A model generated the notes under the pieces. It saw nothing but the letters and a program-made list of their open reading frames with translations. It was not told the origin of the DNA and ran no database searches. 64,000 nt of DNA from Dehalococcoidia bacterium (GTDB lineage Bacteria; Chloroflexota; Dehalococcoidia; Lucifugimonadales; Australimonadaceae), in NCBI GenBank assembly GCA_965206315.1, contig OZ242210.1, positions 2,343,560-2,407,559 of the forward strand, read 5' to 3'. Positions 14,886-23,635 of the stretch are shown here, piece after piece. The position numbers and the translations under genes were made by a program. Numbering within the stretch: the stretch's first letter is position 1; each line of letters starts with the position of its first letter.

Positions 14886-16256
14886 ATGCGAGCGATAGGC
14901 TATTTCACCGTGGACACGGAGGCGCGGAACGTCCGTGCAGCCAGCGAGGCCCGGATCCGGGCGTTCCAGGAGTACTGCGAGACGCGGCGGCACATCCCGC
15001 ACGGAACGTTCGCCGACCTCAAGGGCGACGGCGGCGGCGAAGGCTGGCAGGAGATGATGGACTTCATCCGCGAGAACCGCCAGGGCTACCTCGTCGTGAC
15101 GCCTGACGCCGCCCACCTCGGCCCTACGCTCGAGGAGCAGGTGGAGCGTGTGCTGGAGATGGACGCGCTCTCGTCCAAGGTCGTGTGCGACGACCTCGAC
15201 CTGCCGGACCCGTTGCAGAACGCGCTACGCAACTCCCGGAAGTCGGCGCAGCGGAGCGAGCGCATCAGGGCGGGGATGATGGCGAAGGCCGCGAAGGGCC
15301 TCGCCCTTGGCAAGCCGCCCTACGGCTACTACGTCACCGCTGACGGCGCGTTCCACGTCTCGCCGAAGGAGTCGGAGGTCGTCAAGACGATCTTCCGCCT
15401 CTACCTGCAGCCCGGAGGCAGTGTGCGGTCGGTCGCCGCGGCGCTGAACGCCCGGAACGTCCGCACGAGGAGCGGACGCCGCTGGAGCCTCGTGACCGTG
15501 CGGGACGTGCTGCGCAATGCCGCCTACATCGGCACGTACCACCGGTTCGGGATGCGCATACCCGGGAGCTACGAGTCCATCGTCTCGACGTTCGAATTCC
15601 GCCGGGCGCAGGACCGGCTGCAGGAGCGGAGCCCCTCGCAACGCACCTCGCGCCCCGCGCCCGTGTTCCTGCTCTCAGGCGTGCTCTACTGCCATCACTG
15701 CGGCAAGCGGATGATGGGCATCGTGCGCCGCCAGACGTGGCACCGGAAGGACGGCGAGCGGGCGCGCGCGCAGTACCGCTACTACCAGTGTCAGTCGCGC
15801 ATCAACCGCAACCAGTGCGACTACCGCACCATGAAGGCCGACGAACTCGAGGCGGAGGTCGTGCGCGTCGTGCGCGAACGGCTCGCGGCGGGCGAGCGCG
15901 GCGATGACCCCGGCGATGTCTCGTGGCTCGCGGGCGACAAGGCGCGCTCCGAGGCGACGATGCACTCGCTCGATAAGCAGTTCATGGAGGGCGTGCACCG
16001 CGCGGCAAACGGGACGATGTCGCTGTCGACGCTGCGCGGCGGCCTCGAGCAGTTGCGCGCGATCAAGCACGACCTGGGCGAGCAGATAGACAAGGCCGGC
16101 GACAGCGGAGCGGCGCGTGCCCGTCTGGAGTCGAACGTCACGAAGATACTCACCGAGTGGGACGGCCTCCCGGCCACCGACCGCCGCGACCTCCTCCGCT
16201 CCGTCGTCTCGAAGGTCACCGTCAAGCGCGGCAAACCGGAGATTACCCTCCGCTAG
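14886..16256 (+). CDS. large serine recombinase homologue with degenerate catalytic residues
   Basis: Has a resolvase-like N-domain, a recombinase domain (KPPYGYYV, VVKTIFRLY, SVRSVAAALN, WSLVTVRDVLRNAAYIGTY), a zinc ribbon (CHHCGKRM...YYQCQSR..NQC) and a coiled coil. The expected Y.R.S nucleophile motif reads YFTVD, and the expected DRLSR reads DAAHL. Confidence 0.75.
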   Translation: MRAIGYFTVDTEARNVRAASEARIRAFQEYCETRRHIPHGTFADLKGDGGGEGWQEMMDFIRENRQGYLVVTPDAAHLGPTLEEQVERVLEMDALSSKVVCDDLDLPDPLQNALRNSRKSAQRSERIRAGMMAKAAKGLALGKPPYGYYVTADGAFHVSPKESEVVKTIFRLYLQPGGSVRSVAAALNARNVRTRSGRRWSLVTVRDVLRNAAYIGTYHRFGMRIPGSYESIVSTFEFRRAQDRLQERSPSQRTSRPAPVFLLSGVLYCHHCGKRMMGIVRRQTWHRKDGERARAQYRYYQCQSRINRNQCDYRTMKADELEAEVVRVVRERLAAGERGDDPGDVSWLAGDKARSEATMHSLDKQFMEGVHRAANGTMSLSTLRGGLEQLRAIKHDLGEQIDKAGDSGAARARLESNVTKILTEWDGLPATDRRDLLRSVVSKVTVKRGKPEITLR

Positions 16257-17301
16257 ACGCCTCGTCGTTCCCGCGAAGGCGGGGAGGTGGATTCACATTC
16301 GAAGTGCAACACCTGCTCTCGTAGCACCTCGGCCGGGGTCTGCCACTCGAGGCACTTGCGCGGCGTATTGTTATACACCCTCAACAGCGCCGTGAACTCT
16401 CCCTCCGACAGTGAGGCCAGGTTCGTCTTGCGGGGTAAGAACCAGCGCATCCGCCCGATAGCGTTCTCCACGCCTCCCTTCTGCCACGGCGAATAGGTGT
16501 CGCAGAAGAACGTCTCGATGCCCCAGGCGTGGAGTTCGTAGTGGTGGGCGAACTCCGTGCCGTTGTCGAACGTGACCGTCTGGCGGAACTCCGGTGGCAG
16601 CGTCCCAGGACGGCGGCGATGGCTTTGGCGACCGGTGCTGCTGCCCTCGAAGGTCGCCGCACCGCAAGCAGCAGCCTCGAACGGCGCTCGTGCAGCATCA
16701 GCACCGTCTGCCCGGTCCTGCCGAACTGCATCCCATCCGCCTCCCAGTGCCCGAATGTCTGCCGGTCAGCAACTGCTGCAGGGCGTTCCGAGAGCGGCCG
16801 GCGGTGCAGAATGGTGCGGGCCGAACTGCTCCCCCCACGCTGGCGCCGACCGCGCCGCCACTTCCCCCGCCGCAACAGCTTGCGCCACGAATAGTCCTTC
16901 GTCCGCGCTATCTGCGCGTAGATGAACTGGTAGATGCTCTCATGGGAGGTGACGCTCTTGCCTCGCTCCTTCTTCAACCGCCCCGCCACTGCCTCCGGCG
17001 ACCAGCCCAGTTGCAAACCGAGCAGCACATCCCTGCGGAGCTCGTCTTCCCGGTCCAGCCGTGCGCCACACCAGCGTCGTGCACGGGCTTGCTCATGGGC
17101 ATAGGTCGCCCGGTAGCCGCCGTCCTTCGTGCCGTTGCGCTTCAACTCCCGAGCAATCGTCGGTGGCGGGCGATCCAGAGTTGCTGCGATTTGCCGGATC
17201 GAGCGCCCCTCGGCACGTAAGCGGGCAATCGCACAGCGTTCCTCAAATCCCAAGCTGCGTATAGCGGTTCCCCATGGCAACACCTTAGTCTGGTGTTGCA
17301 C
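16253..17301 (-). pseudogene. IS30-family DDE transposase, interrupted by a 1-nt frameshift near 16603-16606
   Basis: The N-terminal frame (ORF 16381..17301) carries an HTH, SHESIYQFIY and GHWEADGM. After ...AIAAVLG the homology continues in another frame as TLPPEFRQTVTFDNGTEFAHHYELHAWGIETFFCDTYSPWQKGGVENAIGRMRWFLPRKT... (ORF 16253..16471). The junction is a G run (ctgggacg). Confidence 0.75.
16264..16286. repeat. repeat module B/C variant
   Basis: 'gtcgttcccgcgaaggcggggag', lying between the recombinase stop and the IS30 end. Confidence 0.6.
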
Positions 17302-17314
17302 TTCGTTTGTTAAC
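16291..17314 (-). mobile_element. IS30-family insertion sequence (about 1.0 kb) with imperfect terminal inverted repeats
   Basis: IR 16291-16313 'attcacattcgaagtgcaacacc' versus the reverse complement of 17292-17314 'gttaacaaacgaagtgcaacacc' (19 of 23 match). The repeats bracket the transposase. Confidence 0.75.
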
Positions 17315-17332
17315 TTAGGGGACCTCGCCTGA

Positions 17333-17405
17333 TGTAGGGGCGTCCCTTGTGGGCGCCCTGCTTGGTCCCTTCCCCCTTGATGGGGGAAGGTTAGGATGGG
17401 GGTGA
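17333..17405. repeat. repeat modules F (17333-17358) and E (17365-17405)
   Basis: 'tgtaggggcgtcccttgtgggcgccc' and 'gtcccttcccccttgatgggggaaggttaggatgggggtga'. The same F-E pair occurs at 59999-60071. Confidence 0.8.
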
Positions 17406-17447
17406 CTGGCCACGTGGGGTGTTCTCACGGGCGTATACTGGTTGTGT

Positions 17448-17828
17448 CAAGAGGGCCGGGCGGCCGCTCCGGCGTCGCCGGGGAGGAAAGTCCGGACTCC
17501 GCCGGGCAGGGTGCTGGGTAACGCCCAGGCGCAGCGATGCGACGGAAAGTGCCACAGAGACCACAGCGCCGATGGCCCCGCGTTCTGCGGGGGACAGGCA
17601 AGCGTGAAACGGTGCGGTAAGAGCGCACCAGGTCCCGGTGCAAGCCGGGATGCTGGCAAACCCCACCCGGAGCAAGGCCAAATAGAGGGACGTCTCCGCC
17701 CGGCGGAGCGCAGCGCCCGGCTGCTGTCCCCGGGTAGGCCGCACGATCCCTTCCGGCAACGGAGGGACCAGATAGATGGCCGCCGCCTCGCACGCGAGGT
17801 ACAGAATCCGGCTTACAGGCCCTCTTGG
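17448..17828 (+). ncRNA. rnpB: RNase P RNA, bacterial type A
   Basis: Contains GGAGGAAAGTCCGGACTCC (P4 5' strand) and ACAGAATCCGGCTTAC (P4 3' strand). Also contains GTGAAACGGTGCGGTAAGAGCGCACC and GCAAACCCCACCCGGAGCAAGGCCAAATAG. P1 pairs 'aagagggcc' with 'ggccctctt'. Ends are accurate to within a few nt. Confidence 0.85.
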
Positions 17829-17870
17829 CGCTCGTCTGCCTTGTTGGGTGGAGAGCGAAAAGCACCTGCT

Positions 17871-18046
17871 CCTCTCGCCCTCTGAGAGAGGGTGCCGCGC
17901 GAGCGGCGCGGTGAGGGACTGTCATTCCGAGCGGAGCCGTCGGCGATAGCCGAGGGCGGAGTCCCGCGCTTTAGCGCGCAGAATCCTCTCGGGGAGAACC
18001 CCTCGCCCTCTGGGAGAGGGTGCCACGCCAGCGGCGGGTGAGGGTT
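17871..18046. repeat. mosaic repeat cluster D (17871-17918), long A (17921-17994), D (17999-18046)
   Basis: Fills the spacer between rnpB and the 3' end of the first Rieske gene. Confidence 0.8.
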
Positions 18047-18048
18047 GT

Positions 18049-19359
18049 CTAGCGCGAGTGGGGGTAGGCGAGCTCGAGGTTGGGCGGCTCGTCCACCTTG
18101 GCGTAGAGCCAGTCGTGCATGTGCTCGTACCAGGACTCGCCCTTCGGGAGCGTGCCGATGGCGGAGCGCACGCGATACCACTCCGGGTTCTCGACGCACG
18201 GCGGCGTCACGTTGTCGTAGTGGAGGGCCTTCGCCGCGTTCAGGAGACGGCGCCGCACCTGGATGATCATGCCGTCCGAGCGTCCGAGGTGCTCGATGCT
18301 GCGGTTCTGGACGGGCCCCATGCTCTCGGTGACGGCCTGGTCCTGCAGGAAGACGGTCGCGATGCCGGTGAACGTCTCGGTGCGCTGGAGGTTGCGGTCT
18401 ATCTCGTAGTCGTTCTTGCGGTTGGCGCGCGGGCGGAAGCGTCCGAGCGGGCCCGCGGTATCGGGCAGCAGCTCGCCCGCAGGGTGCGTCGCGTTGCCGA
18501 GCACGCCGAACCGCCTGCTGTCGGCGACGTTCTTCGTGGGATGCCAGGAGACCGTCCAGACCATCGTGTGGTGGTCGTCCATCGGCACCCAGATGTGGCC
18601 GGGCACGGTGCCGTCGGCGGCGGCAGGGAAGAAGGTGAAGATGGGAAAGAGGAACTGGGTGATGCGCCAGTAGGTGGTCTCCTCGTTTTCCTCGCGGTTC
18701 GCGCCGTAGACGACGCCGTACTTCGTGGGAACGACCTCCAGCGTGGGGTGCTTGTCGTTGTGCCAGACGCCGATGTTGCCCTCAGCGTCCGGGTCCAGCC
18801 GTCCGTGGAGGAAGAAGAGGTGGCTGGTGTCGATGTCGCCCTCGAGGCCCTGCATCCAGTTGCAGGCGCGCTGCGCGAGGGAGAAGTTGCGCTGCTCCTC
18901 CGGCATGGCGGTCCACTCGAAGTCGGGCAGTCCGGGCGGTTCGCCCTCGCCGAGGTACGCCCACACGACGCCGCCGTGGACCGCGCCGCGGTACGCCCAC
19001 GCGCGGATCTTGTCCTTGAAGCTGCTGTCGCCGGGCTCGTTGGGCTGGTCGACGCACTGGCCGGTGACGTCGTACTTCCAGCCGTGGTAGACGCACCGGA
19101 GGCCTCCCTGCTCGTTGCGGCCGTAGAAGAGCGAGGCGCCGCGGTGCGGGCACGTCTCGGAGAAGACGCCCACATCGCCCTTGGAGTCGCGGAAGACGAT
19201 GAGGTCTTCGCCGAGCAGGCGGAAGCGCTGGGGATCGCAGTCGGGGCCGCCGAGCTCCTCGACAGGCATGATGGGGAGCCAGTAGCGGCGCATGAGTTCG
19301 CCCATCGGCGTTCCCTTGCCCACCTGCGTCAGCATCTCGTTGTCTGCCGTGCTCAGCAT
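18049..19359 (-). CDS. Rieske (2Fe-2S) non-heme-iron oxygenase, alpha subunit (paralogue 1)
   Basis: Rieske motif [25 protein letters not shown] and mononuclear Fe motif [13 protein letters not shown]. Confidence 0.85.
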   Translation of the reverse strand: MLSTADNEMLTQVGKGTPMGELMRRYWLPIMPVEELGGPDCDPQRFRLLGEDLIVFRDSKGDVGVFSETCPHRGASLFYGRNEQGGLRCVYHGWKYDVTGQCVDQPNEPGDSSFKDKIRAWAYRGAVHGGVVWAYLGEGEPPGLPDFEWTAMPEEQRNFSLAQRACNWMQGLEGDIDTSHLFFLHGRLDPDAEGNIGVWHNDKHPTLEVVPTKYGVVYGANREENEETTYWRITQFLFPIFTFFPAAADGTVPGHIWVPMDDHHTMVWTVSWHPTKNVADSRRFGVLGNATHPAGELLPDTAGPLGRFRPRANRKNDYEIDRNLQRTETFTGIATVFLQDQAVTESMGPVQNRSIEHLGRSDGMIIQVRRRLLNAAKALHYDNVTPPCVENPEWYRVRSAIGTLPKGESWYEHMHDWLYAKVDEPPNLELAYPHSR

Positions 19360-19494
19360 GACGGATCCTCCGTGTCCTGCCTTGGACTGCGCTCCGATTA
19401 CGCGCTATCTTATAGCCGTGTCGTTGCAGTTGCCATTGTGGCGATGCGGACGCTCCGGCTTCAAGAGGGCAGGGGCGCAGAGGAAGGAGCACTT

Positions 19495-20016
19495 ATGGCC
19501 ATCAATCCTTATACGCTTCCCCCGGACCTGCAGGGCTGGCGCGGCGAGTCGATACCCGGAGCGCACAAGCGCAAGTGGTTCACGCTGGTCGAGAACGACA
19601 AGTGCCTCGTGACGGCGCTGCTGCTCATCCCCGGCGAGGTCGGGATCCGGCACTCGCACGAATCGGGCGAGCTGTCGGTCCACTTCTCGGACGAGATGCG
19701 GCCCGAGGTGACGTGGAACCCGCCCGGCATGGTGCACGGCGGCGTCCCCGCGCCCGCGAACCCGGTGGAAGCCGCGGTGGAGGGGCTGATCGACGAGGAG
19801 TCGATACGAGCGTCCGGCAACCCGGAGTTCGCGCGGTTCATCGCGGGAGTGCTGGAGGCGCACGTGAAGCGCGTCGACGAGATCGTCGCGGAGCGGACAC
19901 GCCCCGCGCCGGCGCCGCGCGTCATCGTGGACGTGCTCTTTCCGCCGTTCAAGACGACCATCGTCGACCCCGGCGTCGCGGACGGCAAGACGGTTACCGG
20001 TCAGTGGTACGACTAG
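19495..20016 (+). CDS. cupin-domain protein
   Basis: 3' part of ORF 18058..20016, starting at MAINPYTL after an AGGAAGGAG RBS. The cupin-like strand region is LLLIPGEVGIRHSHESGELSVHF. Confidence 0.6.
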   Translation: MAINPYTLPPDLQGWRGESIPGAHKRKWFTLVENDKCLVTALLLIPGEVGIRHSHESGELSVHFSDEMRPEVTWNPPGMVHGGVPAPANPVEAAVEGLIDEESIRASGNPEFARFIAGVLEAHVKRVDEIVAERTRPAPAPRVIVDVLFPPFKTTIVDPGVADGKTVTGQWYD

Positions 20017-20034
20017 CAGGTACGGAGCGGAGTT

Positions 20035-20092
20035 GTCATGCTGAGCGAAGCTGAAGGGCAACCTGAAGCGCAGCCGAAGCATCTCTCGGGGG
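20035..20092 (+). repeat. repeat module A (variant)
   Basis: 'gtcatgctgagcgaagctgaagggcaacctgaagcgcagccgaagcatctctcggggg'. Confidence 0.75.
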
Positions 20093-20126
20093 ATCGTTGG
20101 CAGACGGATAGCAAAGGAGGAGTGTG

Positions 20127-21233
20127 ATGGCACGAACGTACAACGGCCCGATCTACGACGGCGACGGCCACGTGCTGGAGAACAAGGAGGCGATCATCGA
20201 CCGGATGCCGACGGACTTCCGGGCCAGCCGTGCGGTGGAGCGGATGCGCCGCCGGAACATCTTCCCGGAGCTGGACAACTATCACAACCTGCTCAGCATC
20301 TCGCCCCCGGGCTCGTTCTCCAACCCGGAGGAGGTACGCGGGTGGACGCGCTTCATGGACGAGCTGTCCATCGGCGGAGCCGTGATCTACCCGACCGACG
20401 GACTCGCGGTGGGGCGGATGGTTGACCTCGACCAGATAGAGATGGTGACCAGGGCCTACAACGACTGGGTGCACCAGGAGTACCTGCAGAAGGACAACCG
20501 CCTGCAGGCGGTGGCGCTGCTGCCGATGCAGGAGCCGGAACTCGCTGCGGCGGAGCTGCGGCGCGCGGTCGAGGAGCTGGGGATGTGCGGCGGGATGCTG
20601 CCCGCGACCGGGCTGCAGGGCCACCTCGGCTCGAAGCACTTCTGGCCCGTCCACGAAGAGGCGGACCGCCTCGGGTGCTGCCTATCGGTGCATGGCGGCT
20701 CGTACCCGGACCTGGGCTTCCACGACCTCAACATCTTCGCGGCGATACACGCGATGGGGCACCCGTTCGGCATCATGATCTCGTTCATGAGCATGCTGTT
20801 CAACGGCATCTTCGACAGGTTCCCGAACGTGCGTTACGGCTTCATGGAGGGCGGCGTCGCGTGGTTCCTGATGGCGCTGGAGCGCGGCGACGGCTCCTAC
20901 AACTCGTTCACCCCGCTCGACCCGAACAGGCGCTTCCTGCAGCTGAGCGACGACGAGAGCGTGCGGGAGAACATCCTGCGCCACGTCCGGGAAGGGCGCA
21001 TATTCGTGGGCGTCGAGGGCGACGAGCCCGACCTCGCGCACGCGGTGCGGACGGTCGGCAGCGATCCGTTCATCTGGTCGAGCGACTTCCCGCACGAGGT
21101 GACGGTGGAGACGTGCGCGCTGGAGATCCGGGAACTCGTCGAGAACGAGGACGTGCCTGACGCCGACCTCGAGGCGATCCTCTGGAAGAACGCCGCGCGG
21201 ATGTACGGGCTGCGCACACCCGCCGCTGCGTAA
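20127..21233 (+). CDS. amidohydrolase-2 (PF04909, ACMSD-like) family metal hydrolase/decarboxylase
   Basis: IYDGDGHVLE near the N-terminus, SVHGG, AIHAMGHP and SSDFPHE near the C-terminus. The ATG follows an AAAGGAGG RBS. Confidence 0.75.
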   Translation: MARTYNGPIYDGDGHVLENKEAIIDRMPTDFRASRAVERMRRRNIFPELDNYHNLLSISPPGSFSNPEEVRGWTRFMDELSIGGAVIYPTDGLAVGRMVDLDQIEMVTRAYNDWVHQEYLQKDNRLQAVALLPMQEPELAAAELRRAVEELGMCGGMLPATGLQGHLGSKHFWPVHEEADRLGCCLSVHGGSYPDLGFHDLNIFAAIHAMGHPFGIMISFMSMLFNGIFDRFPNVRYGFMEGGVAWFLMALERGDGSYNSFTPLDPNRRFLQLSDDESVRENILRHVREGRIFVGVEGDEPDLAHAVRTVGSDPFIWSSDFPHEVTVETCALEIRELVENEDVPDADLEAILWKNAARMYGLRTPAAA

Positions 21234-21297
21234 GGGGGCGACACTACTCCATAGAGGGAGAGGCCTCTTGTGCTAGCGTGTGCAGTGGAGGCAAGGG

Positions 21298-21474
21298 ATG
21301 GACAAGCAATCGAGAGAAACGCCCGAGCCGCTCAAAGGGGAAGCGCTCGTACAAGCTGCCCTGGCCAATGAGGAACTCGTAGCCACCACGGAAGAGTCTT
21401 ACCGACGCGCCGAGCGCGGGGAGCCTGCCTTGTTCTTCAAGGGAGAGGATTTCTTACGCCGTCAGACATCGTAA
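21298..21474 (+). CDS. small hypothetical protein, possible antitoxin
   Basis: 58-aa ORF (M7 of ORF 21280..21474) immediately upstream of a RelE/ParE-like ORF. No recognisable fold motif. Confidence 0.3.
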   Translation: MDKQSRETPEPLKGEALVQAALANEELVATTEESYRRAERGEPALFFKGEDFLRRQTS

Positions 21475-21716
21475 TCGAGGACGCGGTCTGGGACTTCCTC
21501 CGTGCCCTGCCTCCACGACGGCGCGGGCAGGTGATGACTGCCATCCACGCTCTCTTGGCCGACCTTCACCCTGATGGTGAGACGAAGGTCGCGCTGCCAT
21601 TTCCCTTCCGGTACGGCACGCTCGTTCTGGGCGCCGCAGGGTTCCTCATCACGTACAGCATAGAGAACGCCGAAGTCATCTGGGTCCGAGGTATCGAGCC
21701 CCAGATGAGAGGGTGA
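21465..21716 (+). CDS. RelE/ParE-like toxin (start codon unclear)
   Basis: The in-frame translation DIVIEDAVWDFLRALPPRRRGQVMTAIHALLADLHPDG...FLITYSIENAEVIWVRGIE resembles the ParE/RelE layout. The track ORF starts only at GTG 21531. There is no ATG/GTG/TTG between the upstream stop (21369) and 21531. Confidence 0.4.
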   Translation, partial: DIVIEDAVWDFLRALPPRRRGQVMTAIHALLADLHPDGETKVALPFPFRYGTLVLGAAGFLITYSIENAEVIWVRGIEPQMRG

Positions 21717-21786
21717 GGCCACCTCCATCGCACGGGGTTGCTGCCTGCGCAGGATGGTTCGACAGGCTCACCATGAGCGGGGACAG

Positions 21787-22689
21787 CTAGAGCTGACGGA
21801 GCTTGGGGTCGAGGTAGTCGCGGAGCCAGTCGCCGAGAAGGTTCATGGAGAGCACCGTGAACATGATGGCGAGGCCCGGGATGACCGAGAGCCACCACGA
21901 CGTGACGATGAAGTCGCGACCCTCCGCGACCATGACGCCCCACGCGGGGTTCGGCGGCGGGATGCCCGCGCCGAGGAAGCTGAGCGACGCCTCCAGCAGG
22001 ATGACGTTCCCCACCTGGAGCGTCGCGAGGACGATGATGGTGTTGAAGACGTTGGGGAGGATGTGGCGGAAGATGATGCGCAGGTTGGAGGCCCCCGCGA
22101 CGCGGGCGCGTGCGACGAAGTCCATCTCCTTGAGCGTCAGCACCTCCGCGCGCACCTGTCGCGCGTAGCGCGACCAGAGCAGGAGCGCGACGACGGCGAC
22201 AGTCGTGGCCGTGCCTGGCTCGAACAGCACGACGAGCACGAGCGCGAGCAGGATGAGTGGCATCGACAGGTTGATGTCGACAAGCCGCATGATGACGTGG
22301 TCCCACCAACTGCCGAAGTAGCCGGCGACGAGGCCCAGCACCGAACCGATGGTGCCGCCTACGGCGAGTGCGGCGAGGGAGACGAGCGCCGCCGTCCGCG
22401 CGCCGAAGATCATGCGGCTGAGGATGTCGCGCCCCTGGCGGTCGGTGCCGAGTGGATGGCTCCACTCGCCGCCGTCCGTCCACGCGGGGGGCAGCAGCCG
22501 GATGCGCAGGTCGCCGTCTATCGGGTCGTAGGGGGCAACGAACTCGGCGAAGAGCGCGGGTATGACCAGCACGATGAGGAGCACCGCGGCAGGTATGACC
22601 GGGTAACGGCGCACGAACGCCCAGACCCTTCCGAGCACTCGGACTCCGGGGATGCGCGGGACAGCGGGAGGGGAGGCTACGACGGCCAT
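21787..22689 (-). CDS. peptide-type ABC transporter permease (DppC/OppC-like)
   Basis: ORF 21787..22878, trimmed to MAVVASPP (M64). Carries HPLGTDRQGRDILSRMIFGAR and the EAA-loop region FVARARVAGASNLRIIFRHILPN. Confidence 0.85.
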   Translation of the reverse strand: MAVVASPPAVPRIPGVRVLGRVWAFVRRYPVIPAAVLLIVLVIPALFAEFVAPYDPIDGDLRIRLLPPAWTDGGEWSHPLGTDRQGRDILSRMIFGARTAALVSLAALAVGGTIGSVLGLVAGYFGSWWDHVIMRLVDINLSMPLILLALVLVVLFEPGTATTVAVVALLLWSRYARQVRAEVLTLKEMDFVARARVAGASNLRIIFRHILPNVFNTIIVLATLQVGNVILLEASLSFLGAGIPPPNPAWGVMVAEGRDFIVTSWWLSVIPGLAIMFTVLSMNLLGDWLRDYLDPKLRQL

Positions 22690-22690
22690 G

Positions 22691-23623
22691 TCAGCCTCTC
22701 GCTCCGCCGTAGCGGACGCGCGGGTCGATGTAGGCGTAGAGGATGTCCACGACGAGGTTGATGGTGATGAACATGGCGGAGATGAGGATGACGAGCCCCT
22801 GGACGACGGCGTAGTCGCGCGCGAGCACGGCGGTGAGGGCGAGCTGGCCGATGCCGGGCCACGCGAAGACGGTCTCAAGGGTGACGACGCCGGTGACCAT
22901 GATGCCGGCGATGATGCCGAACAGGGTGAGCGGGGGGATGGCGGCGTTCTTGAGGGCGTGCTTCCAGATGACCTTCCACTCCGGCGTGCCCTTGATGCGC
23001 GCGAACTTCACGTACTCGCTGTCCAGCACGTTCAGCATCGCGGAGCGGGTGAGGCGCATGAACGCGGCCACGGAGAACCAGCCGAGCGCTACCCCGGGCA
23101 GGATGAGGTGCGTGATGCCGCCGCGCCCGGAGACAGGGAGCCAGCCCAGGTTTACTGAAAAGATCCAGATGAGCACGATGCCCAGCCAGAAGGGTGGGAG
23201 CGATTGTCCGAGGAGGGCGATGACCTTGCCGACCATGTCGATCGGGGTGCCCTTCATCACGGCCGAGATAACGCCGATGGGGACGGCCATGAGCGCGCTG
23301 AAGAGCAGCGCGAAACCGGCGAGCTGCAGGCTCGCGGGGATGGCGTCCCCGATGAGGGCCATGGCGCTCTGCCCCTGGAACTTGAGCGACGGGCCGAAGT
23401 CCAGTTGGAGCATGTTGCCGAGGAAGAGGACGTACTGGTGCCAGAGCGGCTTGTCGAACCCCCAGAGGCGGTTGAGGCGTTCGATGTCCTCGGGCATGGC
23501 GTCAACGGGCGCGAGCACGTCTATGGGGCTGCCGGTGACGCGCACGAGCGAGAAGACGATGATGCTCACGCCTATCAGCGCGAGCACCGCCTGGAAGAGC
23601 CGGATGATGATGTAGCGTTGCAT
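22691..23623 (-). CDS. peptide-type ABC transporter permease (DppB/OppB-like)
   Basis: MQRYIIIRLFQAVLALIGVSIIVF and YVKFARIKGTPEWKVIWKHALKNA. Confidence 0.85.
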   Translation of the reverse strand: MQRYIIIRLFQAVLALIGVSIIVFSLVRVTGSPIDVLAPVDAMPEDIERLNRLWGFDKPLWHQYVLFLGNMLQLDFGPSLKFQGQSAMALIGDAIPASLQLAGFALLFSALMAVPIGVISAVMKGTPIDMVGKVIALLGQSLPPFWLGIVLIWIFSVNLGWLPVSGRGGITHLILPGVALGWFSVAAFMRLTRSAMLNVLDSEYVKFARIKGTPEWKVIWKHALKNAAIPPLTLFGIIAGIMVTGVVTLETVFAWPGIGQLALTAVLARDYAVVQGLVILISAMFITINLVVDILYAYIDPRVRYGGARG

Positions 23624-23635
23624 CGGGCGGCTATG

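Noticed and set aside
14823-17314. Prophage or integrative-element boundary marked by the serine recombinase and IS30
   Set aside because: There are no phage structural, replication or conjugation genes on either side. The flanks are ordinary chromosomal genes (lipB, rnpB), and the recombinase lacks catalytic residues.
18058-19494. N-terminal 480 residues of the 652-aa plus-strand ORF 18058..20016
   Set aside because: This part is antisense to Rieske paralogue 1 and has no motifs. Only the last 173 codons, which follow an RBS and an ATG at 19495, look like a real (cupin) gene.
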